In this document: in pieces, positions 38,737 through 45,073 of the stretch | Layout: every line of letters starts with the position of its first letter | Position numbering within the stretch: the stretch's first letter is position 1 | Source: Candidatus Zixiibacteriota bacterium | Lineage (GTDB): Bacteria; Zixibacteria; MSB-5A5; GN15; FEB-12 | DNA: 45,073 nt | Assembly (NCBI GenBank): GCA_046754125.1 | Contig: JBHHVC010000001.1 | Location: 1 to 45,073 of the forward strand | Direction: 5' to 3' | Translations under genes and position numbers: made by a program | Notes under the pieces: generated by a model | What the model saw: the letters and a program-made list of their open reading frames with translations, nothing else | Databases searched by the model: none | What the model was told of the DNA's origin: nothing

Positions 38737-39342
38737 ATGATAATTGGCATCACCGGACAGATCGGCTCGGGTAAGTCTACGGCGGCGACGATCATGGCTT
38801 CGCTGGGCTACCGTGTTATCGACGCAGACCAGATCGGTCGACAAGTAGTCGACGGGTCATTAGCACTTCGCCGACAGCTGGCCAGCCAATTCGGCAAGGC
38901 TATTCTCACGAAAAAAGGGAACGTCCGGCGCAAGGAATTGGCCCGACGTGCTTTTGTTGATGGCGACTCGCAGGCGGCCTTGAACCGTATTGTTCATCCT
39001 TATCTGCTGCGCAGCATTCGTAGGGAGATGGCGGCATGTCGTCGGTCCAAAACGAACGCGGTTGTCGATGCCGCTCTCTTACTGGACTGGGACCTTGACA
39101 GAGAAGTTGACTTCACTCTGGTGATACATGCCGGACTTAAGCGGCGGCTCGAGAGACTGGTGGCCAAGGGATACACTCTGGCCGATGCCAGGGCGCGCCA
39201 GAGGCGCCAGCTATTCTATGCGGAGTATTGTCGTCGCGCCGATCGGGTCATTCTGAACTACGGCACTGTATCGGACCTGCGCCAAAAGATTGAGGCCTGG
39301 ACCCGGGCCATCTTGTCGGCTGCAGGGCAACATCCTCGCTGA
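38737..39342 (+). CDS. coaE: Dephospho-CoA kinase
   Basis: MIIGITGQIGSGKST P-loop, IDADQIG motif, about 200 aa. Typical position downstream of polA. Confidence 0.9.
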   Translation: MIIGITGQIGSGKSTAATIMASLGYRVIDADQIGRQVVDGSLALRRQLASQFGKAILTKKGNVRRKELARRAFVDGDSQAALNRIVHPYLLRSIRREMAACRRSKTNAVVDAALLLDWDLDREVDFTLVIHAGLKRRLERLVAKGYTLADARARQRRQLFYAEYCRRADRVILNYGTVSDLRQKIEAWTRAILSAAGQHPR

Positions 39343-39347
39343 ATGGT

Positions 39348-40346
39348 TCAGCCGAATATGTTCACAGTCTGCAAGTTGTATTTTTTGGCATCCTTGCTAA
39401 GCAACTTGTAAACATGCCATGCGGTCATCAGGTCTTGCACAGCCAGACCGGTGGAATCAAATATGGTGACATCGTCATCCGACTGTCGGACGCTCAGGTT
39501 TTTGGCGATTACCTGTCCCAGTTCGGCTGCAAGGTCGTTCTTAGTAAAGGTCCCCTGTGAGACGGCGACATTGATCTCACCGGAATGAGATGCCTGTATC
39601 CAGTCGTCAATCACCACTTTTGAGGACGAAAGTAGTTGGCCGGAGAGTTCTTGTTTGCCGATTGCATCTGCGCCGATTGCATTGATATGCGCGCCTGCCG
39701 GGACGTGTTCTTTCATAACGATCGGTTTACGAGTGGAGGTCGTACAGTTGATAATGTCTGCACCGTCGCATGCTGCCTTGATGGAATCCACGACAGTTGC
39801 TGTTAATCCGTGTTTGTCTGAACAATGTTTGGCGAAGGATTGTGCTTTATCTTTATCGAGATCACAGATTGAGACTTCGGAGATGCCCGGTTTGGCGACC
39901 ATCATTCCCGCCACCTGAGTTTCTGCCTGCATTCCGGCGCCGATAAAGGCTGCCTTTTTGCTGTTACTCTTTGCCAGATACTTTGAGGCGATGCCGCCTG
40001 CGGCGCCGGTGCGCATATTGGTAACATGAGTGCCGTCCATCACGGCGAGGGGGAATCCTGTCTTCGGATCGGTGAGCAGTATTGTTGCCATGACAGTGGG
40101 AAGGTGTTGGCTATGGTTGTTGGGATGCACATTCACCGCCTTGATTCCCGCGCCTTCGATTTCCGGTATGTAGGCCGGCATGCAGCGCAAGTCGCCGGAG
40201 TAGTCCTCGAAATAGAGATAGGACTTTGGAGGCATCTGCACTTTGTCCTCACCGTAAAGACGAAAGGCTTGCTCGGTGACCCTGACACAGTCCTCCATTG
40301 TCAGAACTTGTGCAACATCCGATTTCTTGATGAGAAATGTTTCCAC
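39348..40346 (-). CDS. Ornithine cyclodeaminase / mu-crystallin family protein (NAD-dependent)
   Basis: 332 aa. FIGAGMQAETQV Rossmann motif and overall OCD_Mu_crystall pattern. GTG start with GGAGGAA SD 6 nt upstream. Its stop is only 5 nt from the convergent coaE stop. Confidence 0.85.
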   Translation of the reverse strand: METFLIKKSDVAQVLTMEDCVRVTEQAFRLYGEDKVQMPPKSYLYFEDYSGDLRCMPAYIPEIEGAGIKAVNVHPNNHSQHLPTVMATILLTDPKTGFPLAVMDGTHVTNMRTGAAGGIASKYLAKSNSKKAAFIGAGMQAETQVAGMMVAKPGISEVSICDLDKDKAQSFAKHCSDKHGLTATVVDSIKAACDGADIINCTTSTRKPIVMKEHVPAGAHINAIGADAIGKQELSGQLLSSSKVVIDDWIQASHSGEINVAVSQGTFTKNDLAAELGQVIAKNLSVRQSDDDVTIFDSTGLAVQDLMTAWHVYKLLSKDAKKYNLQTVNIFG

Positions 40347-40496
40347 TATTATTCCTCCGCTAGTTATAGACAGTTTGTGAAAATCTTCTCAAGGAGGGTA
40401 AAAAACGATGGGCGACTTGTCAAACCATTCCTTGGGCCAGCCGAGCTTTGGTTACAGGGCTTTTTTATTGATTGGGTGCCGAGGCGAGTATAATAT

Positions 40497-41300
40497 GTGA
40501 AGGCTATGGAACGTGCATGGGTATCGGCATCGGTGCTTGACTTGTGGGGCAAACCCGCCTCTGAAAGTGGGCGGGTCAACCAGGCATTGTACGGCGAAAT
40601 TGTGCAAGTGGTTCGTCGGCAAGCGCTGTTTGCTCTGGTCGAGCAGGAGGACGGGTATCGAGGCTGGGCTGACAGGCGATTCCTGTCCCCCGTTTCCGTC
40701 GCAGTTTACCGGAGACTGAAGAAGGCGCGGTGGATGACGGTGGTGAGACAATCAGCCCGGTTGTTTGGAAATGACGGCCGAAAGGCGGTGCCTCCCTATC
40801 TCATGGTTTACGGGACTCGCTGTCCGGTAATGTCAGTCCGAGGTGAGCGAGTCCGAATTGCGACTCCGAATGAAAAAGCTATCTACGTGAAACGAAGCTG
40901 TCTTTTGCCGATACAAGACAAGAGGGGACGCGTAACCCCCGGAATGCTTGTTACGGAAGCAAGAAGGTTTCTGGGTGTGCCCTACCTGTGGGGTGGGACA
41001 ACGCCCTTAGGATTTGACTGCTCAGGGTTTGTGAGGGCTGTTTATGGACGGTTTGGATATGAATTGCCACGTGACACGAAAGACCAGATACGGTGCGGAC
41101 ATTCGATCGAAAGGGAATCAGTGAGACCAGCCGACCTGCTCTTTTTCGATCGCCACGTGGCGATAGCAATGAGTAGAGGAAAGTACGTGCATGCGTCTCG
41201 AGGAGGAGGCGGAGTCGCAATAAACTCATTCGAAGAAACCTCGCCTGACTTTCGGGCCGATCTGATGAAAGAACTTGCGACGATCAGGAGAATAGTATAG
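40497..41300 (+). CDS. NlpC/P60 family peptidase with N-terminal SH3b domains (YkfC-like gamma-D-glutamyl-L-diamino acid endopeptidase)
   Basis: GFDCSGFVRAVY (catalytic Cys), HVAIAM and YVHAS motifs. SH3b-like ALYGEIVQVV...GYRGWADRRFL. GTG 40497 has GAGG 8 nt upstream. ATG 40506 is an alternative start. Confidence 0.85.
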   Translation: MKAMERAWVSASVLDLWGKPASESGRVNQALYGEIVQVVRRQALFALVEQEDGYRGWADRRFLSPVSVAVYRRLKKARWMTVVRQSARLFGNDGRKAVPPYLMVYGTRCPVMSVRGERVRIATPNEKAIYVKRSCLLPIQDKRGRVTPGMLVTEARRFLGVPYLWGGTTPLGFDCSGFVRAVYGRFGYELPRDTKDQIRCGHSIERESVRPADLLFFDRHVAIAMSRGKYVHASRGGGGVAINSFEETSPDFRADLMKELATIRRIV

Positions 41301-42328
41301 TGCAGTTTGATGCTGTCAGGATTTCAATACCGCTAAAGCAGAGATTTAGTGTTTCCGGTGGAAGCACTGAAGTAAAAACCAACGTATTGACTGTTTTGAA
41401 TAATCGGTATTCAGGTGAGGCCTCCGGTTCCGTCTATTATGGGCCGAGCATCGATGCCATTGAAAGTGATATCCGGGCCGGTCTTGAACTTTTGCGTCAT
41501 GTGAAATCTATCAGTGTGGAGACACTGGCGGAAATCGACAAGTTTGACATTTTGCCTATTGCGCGATCGGCGTTGATAGGGATGACTCTCAACTATTTGT
41601 CCGGGGAGATGCGCAAATACCCATGGGAAGTGCTATCGCTCGGTACACCCGTTGGGATAAAGAGTTCGTGCACAATCAGCTTGCAAGAGCCGGTGCAGAT
41701 GCTCGAGGCTATTCGACAATCTGAGTTTCCTATTGTCAAGGTCAAGATGGGTGGTCAGTATGACCCGGAGATCCTAACCGGTCTTGAGTCGATAGGCGGG
41801 AAAGAAATTCGGGTAGACGCCAACGGCGGCTGGACATGCGACAGGGCGCAGGAAATGATTTTTCATCTCGCGCGATTGGGGATCACGATAATAGAGCAGC
41901 CGACCGATGTGGAGTTCCTGAGCGAGTGGCAGCATTTGAAAGGCAAGAATGATTCGGTCAGGTTGATTATGGACGAGGGTCTGAACAGTCTGGCCAATTA
42001 CGAAATGTACAGCGATTATTTCGACGGTATCAATATAAAGATGGAAAAATCCGGCGGAATACTGGAGGGCATTCGGCTGGCCGAACGAGCTCATGAAGAT
42101 GGCAAGCAGGTCATGCTTGGCTGTATGGTGGAATCGTCAATAGGTATCGCTCAGTCGGTCTATATGTCGTCACAGGCCGACTGTTTTGATCTCGACGGTC
42201 CATTGTTGCTGAAAGATGATCTAGCCGAAGGAATCCGTTACGACAGGGAGTCGATTGAGGTTGACAGGGAGATCATCGGAGGCCCCAAGCTCAAGCGGGA
42301 TGTTATCGAGAGATATACCACAGACTAG
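41300..42328 (+). CDS. L-Ala-D/L-Glu (dipeptide) epimerase, enolase superfamily (YkfB/YcjG-like)
   Basis: 342 aa. VKVKMG, RVDANGGW, IEQP, MDEGL and KMEKSGG motifs in the order expected for MLE-subgroup dipeptide epimerases. The TAGTG junction and AGGAG SD couple it to the endopeptidase gene. Confidence 0.8.
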   Translation: MQFDAVRISIPLKQRFSVSGGSTEVKTNVLTVLNNRYSGEASGSVYYGPSIDAIESDIRAGLELLRHVKSISVETLAEIDKFDILPIARSALIGMTLNYLSGEMRKYPWEVLSLGTPVGIKSSCTISLQEPVQMLEAIRQSEFPIVKVKMGGQYDPEILTGLESIGGKEIRVDANGGWTCDRAQEMIFHLARLGITIIEQPTDVEFLSEWQHLKGKNDSVRLIMDEGLNSLANYEMYSDYFDGINIKMEKSGGILEGIRLAERAHEDGKQVMLGCMVESSIGIAQSVYMSSQADCFDLDGPLLLKDDLAEGIRYDRESIEVDREIIGGPKLKRDVIERYTTD

Positions 42329-44306
42329 GCTCGTTTCGGTCCGGCCTCGCTGTGTCAACAAAGCGTGGGTTTGTCTGCTTCTGTTGCTTTTGCAGCTGTC
42401 TGCTGCGGAAGCTGCCGCTTCTGGCGAGTCGATTAAGGTCATTTATCCCAAACCGGGTCAGACTATTGGCGCGGTCGATTCCACGTTCATACTGGGCCAT
42501 CTGACTGTCGACAACCCGGCCGAATATGATTTAACCGTAAACGATCAGCCTGTGGCGGTGCACGAAGATGGTGGGTTTCTTGCGTTCCTGGCTATAGCGT
42601 CGGGCGAGTTTACGTTTTACCTGAAGGCCCGATCGGTCATTGACGTTGCAAGCGAACGTGCAGATGACGGCGCGCTGTCGACCCATCTCGATCCGGGGAT
42701 TTTGACTCTCAACCTGTCGGTGTCGGTGCCCCGACCGGGAATGCCCGTAGGAATTGACTCACTTGTGATTGTCGACGAGTACGATCGACCATCTGGTGAC
42801 CTGGCGCTTGCCACAGGAGATGTACTGCGGACGTCATTTTTGGGTACTCCCGGCTGTCGGGCATGGTTCAGTATTGGTGATGTAATTGACTCGGTGGCGA
42901 TGGCTGAGACTGGGCAGCAATTCCAGCCTTATTGGGGTAAGGCGGTGTTTGGTCGCGGAGCTGTGCCGGATTCACTAAAACTTAAGGGTGTTTATGCAGG
43001 TTTTCTTTCGGTAGCCGATTCTCTAGTCACTTCCCAGGACACGATCAGGTTTCATCTTGCGGCACCAGATAAGGCTGAGATTGTCTGCCGGTATCTTTTG
43101 CCACCATACGAGTTGATGGACTCGGTGGCGCTGAAGTATTTGCATCTGCCTGATACGGCCGTCAGCGTTCGATCTACTTACTCGGTATCGCTAAATGACC
43201 ATGCATATCCGTTCACGGTTCGATTTACGGATTCAGTGCAGATCGTTCGTCTTGGTCCGCGCAAGGGTTACTTGTCCATATTTCAGCCTGAGGGAGTTCA
43301 GGCGCTGGCGGTTGGTGCGGAGGGCGACTGGTACCGAGTCAGATTGTCGGCCACCCGCTTCGGCTGGGTGAACAAGAACTCGGTCAAGCGATTGCCTAAG
43401 GGCATCCTACCGCCACGGTCCTATGTGACATCAATCAGAACATATGACGAGCCGGATAGATTGCGCGTCGAAGTTGGCCTGAAAGGGCAACATCCCTTCC
43501 GGGTGATCGAGGAAACGCGACGGCGTGTTCGGATTCGGCTGTATGGGGTTACCAGCGACACCGACTGGATCCGATATGACGAGGCATCCGATTTGATCGA
43601 TCTGGTGACCTGGTCACAAATTGAGAACGACCTCTACGAATTGACGCTGAATCTGACAGAGAGTATCTGGGGGTACGATGCTTACTACGAAGGGAACTCG
43701 TTCTATTTCCAGCTGAATAAACCGCCCTCCAGTACCAGCAAGATAAAAGGAAAGCGGATTGTGATAGATGCCGGTCACTCAAGTGATCCCGGTTCCATAG
43801 GGCCGACCGGATACACCGAGGCGGAAGCAAATCTTGCAATTGCACTGGCGTTAGAGAAATATCTGCAATCCAAAGGTGCCCAAGTTGTTATGACCCGATC
43901 TGACACCAGTGATGTGCCTTTGTATGATCGCCCGGCAATTGCCAACCTACACGATGCCGACTTGTTCGTTTCCATTCACAACAATGCCCTGCCTGATGGC
44001 GTCAATCCGTTTGTCAACAACGGAACATCGGCGTACTATTACCATCCACACTCGATTGACCTGGCTCGGTCAATTCATGCCGAAATGGTGAAACACACAG
44101 GTCTTAGCGATCATGGTCTCTTTCACGGGAATCTTGCCGTTAATCGTCCGACTCAGTATCCGGCGGTATTGATAGAGTGCGCGTTCATGATTATTCCCGA
44201 GCAGGAGGCACTGCTCAAGACTGATCGGTTTCGTGACAGAGTGGCGCGTGCGATAGGCAAGGGAATCGAGAACTTCCTGAAAGAGTATGACAGTGGGCGA
44301 CGTTAA
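42300..44306 (+). CDS. N-acetylmuramoyl-L-alanine amidase (Amidase_3) with a long N-terminal region that includes an SH3b-like module
   Basis: C-terminal IVIDAGHSSDPGSIGPTGYTEAEANL, VSIHNNA and LIECAFM motifs. SH3b-like GDWYRVRLSATRFGWVNKNSV. Signal-like WVCLLLLLLQLSAAEAAA. Start ATG 42300 (ATG 42255 also possible), overlapping the epimerase end. Confidence 0.85.
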   Translation: MLSRDIPQTRLVSVRPRCVNKAWVCLLLLLLQLSAAEAAASGESIKVIYPKPGQTIGAVDSTFILGHLTVDNPAEYDLTVNDQPVAVHEDGGFLAFLAIASGEFTFYLKARSVIDVASERADDGALSTHLDPGILTLNLSVSVPRPGMPVGIDSLVIVDEYDRPSGDLALATGDVLRTSFLGTPGCRAWFSIGDVIDSVAMAETGQQFQPYWGKAVFGRGAVPDSLKLKGVYAGFLSVADSLVTSQDTIRFHLAAPDKAEIVCRYLLPPYELMDSVALKYLHLPDTAVSVRSTYSVSLNDHAYPFTVRFTDSVQIVRLGPRKGYLSIFQPEGVQALAVGAEGDWYRVRLSATRFGWVNKNSVKRLPKGILPPRSYVTSIRTYDEPDRLRVEVGLKGQHPFRVIEETRRRVRIRLYGVTSDTDWIRYDEASDLIDLVTWSQIENDLYELTLNLTESIWGYDAYYEGNSFYFQLNKPPSSTSKIKGKRIVIDAGHSSDPGSIGPTGYTEAEANLAIALALEKYLQSKGAQVVMTRSDTSDVPLYDRPAIANLHDADLFVSIHNNALPDGVNPFVNNGTSAYYYHPHSIDLARSIHAEMVKHTGLSDHGLFHGNLAVNRPTQYPAVLIECAFMIIPEQEALLKTDRFRDRVARAIGKGIENFLKEYDSGRR

Positions 44307-44322
44307 GTCACGAGGGGGACAT

Positions 44323-44544
44323 GTGTCCCGACGTCTCTGGCTCATCTATGTCGCCATGCTTCTGGCTGGCGTCATGGTGCTCGCTCATTCGTTTGGATGG
44401 ACAGGCCTGGATCGCTGGACGGCGCGGCTCGGTATCGCGCTCGTGTACTCTGCGCTTGCTCTGTCAGCGGGCAGGGGGAAATGGGTGGGGAGTGTCGCGA
44501 CCGGGATAATCTGGCTGCCGACAGTTGTTTTCTTGCTAGTGTAA
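44323..44544 (+). CDS. Small hypothetical membrane protein (about 3 TM segments)
   Basis: Three hydrophobic stretches. GTG 44323 is preceded by GAGGGGGA 4 nt upstream. The ORF-track ATG 44287 would overlap the amidase end. No family recognised. Confidence 0.35.
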   Translation: MSRRLWLIYVAMLLAGVMVLAHSFGWTGLDRWTARLGIALVYSALALSAGRGKWVGSVATGIIWLPTVVFLLV

Positions 44545-44953
44545 GTTGTGCCATAGTCAGCCGATAGCCAGACTGCCTGCAGCATCGCAGAGTCAGATCG
44601 ATCCCTATTCTTCACTTCAATACTGGAGTATTACCATCTTGTATGGCCACGATTTCGCTTGACCTCCGATTGTCCGGTTTATAGATTTTGGTACAGTAGA
44701 TCGGTTACGATCCGACTGGAGGGAATGTTATCGAGAATACTAAGAGAAAGCCTTTCTTGGCTTACTTGCAGGCTCATGCTCTGCACTTGGCTGTCATGCC
44801 GGTTCTGCGCGCTATAAAGCGGCCATTGGTCGACAAGCACGCGGCTTCCAATCGCCGTCACTCTGCGGAGATGCCGCAAAGACATCGTTGACGCTGTTAG
44901 TTGAGACTGCTGGCGGGTTCGAGGACGGACGCTGCCTACAAAGATGGTTGGCG

Positions 44954-45018
44954 GAACTGTTGGAGCGGGTCGAATGACGCCTGATGTCATGCAGCAGACC
45001 GTGAGGTCTGCCAGCCAC
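44954..45018 (-). repeat. Intergenic structured repeat, unit C (65 bp; same family as units A/B, opposite strand)
   Basis: Its reverse complement GTGGCTGGCAGACCTCACGGTCTGCTGCATGACATCAGGCGT matches unit B at about 39 of 42 aligned positions by eye. Hairpin GCAGACC(44994-45000)-GTGA-GGTCTGC(45005-45011). Confidence 0.85.
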
Positions 45019-45073
45019 GAACTGTTGGAGCGGGTCGAATGACGCCTGATGTCATGCAGCAGACCGTGAGGTC
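45019..45073 (-). repeat. Intergenic structured repeat, unit D (identical to unit C, truncated by the window end)
   Basis: 45019-45073 is identical to 44954-45008 (55 of 55), giving a 65-bp tandem period. The window ends inside the hairpin. Confidence 0.85.

Noticed and set aside
40489-40494. Perfect TATAAT hexamer just upstream of the NlpC/P60 gene, read as a promoter -10 (implying a near-leaderless mRNA)
   Set aside because: It falls between a GAGG SD (40481-40484) and the GTG start at 40497. The only TTGATT-like -35 is 15 nt away. This is more likely chance in an AT-rich spacer. It cannot be decided without 5'-end data.
44545-44680. tRNA or small structured RNA in the gap after the small membrane-protein gene
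   Set aside because: No T-loop (GTTCGAATC-like) with complementary arms and no cloverleaf could be drawn. Only short imperfect hairpins are present.
44679-44990. Resemblance of MSLRHLRRVTA...NRHDSQVQSMSLQV to the HxLRH...GH...Y box II region of tyrosine recombinases (possible integrase remnant next to repeats)
   Set aside because: The match is loose. The catalytic His/Tyr positions are not conserved and there is no upstream recombinase sequence. I judge it over-interpretation without a profile search.
44954-45073. CRISPR array interpretation of the terminal direct repeats
   Set aside because: The repeated segment is 55 nt with only a 10-nt joint, i.e. a 65-bp tandem repeat. There are no unique spacers of CRISPR size and no cas genes in the window.

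Overview
Dense, almost entirely plus-strand housekeeping region from a diderm (Gram-negative) bacterium. LptD, BamD, a LolA-like protein and the LptD_2-type giant barrel suggest an FCB-superphylum-like lineage, but that is inference only. From about 94 to 19373 there is one very long aromatic amino acid supraoperon: aminotransferase, DapF-like, trpE-G-D, an embedded MFS transporter, trpC-F-B-A, chorismate mutase, DAHP synthase, argS, tyrA, a second DAHP synthase, aroA-E-K-B-Q. Most junctions are 1-4 nt stop/start overlaps. After it come a lipoprotein, a MATE exporter, an FAH-family hydrolase and AlaX. Next is an envelope/replication block: lptD, hup, ftsK, lolA-like, rimO, slt, bamD, nadD, polA, an outer-membrane barrel and coaE. 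One minus-strand ornithine cyclodeaminase-family gene follows, then a murein-peptide recycling trio (NlpC/P60 endopeptidase, L-Ala-D/L-Glu epimerase, MurNAc-L-Ala amidase). I found no rRNA, tRNA, CRISPR array, transposase or recognisable defence system. Four points deserve a second look. (1) The DapF homologue translationally coupled to trpE has serine at both catalytic cysteine positions. (2) An MFS transporter is wired into the middle of the trp operon. (3) A structured intergenic repeat family, not previously annotated, occurs as tandem units upstream of lptD and, inverted, as two identical 65-bp units at the right edge of the window; its hairpin shows a compensatory base-pair change. (4) The MATE gene has no canonical start codon for its conserved N-terminus. 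All function calls rest on motif recognition by eye. No database search was run.
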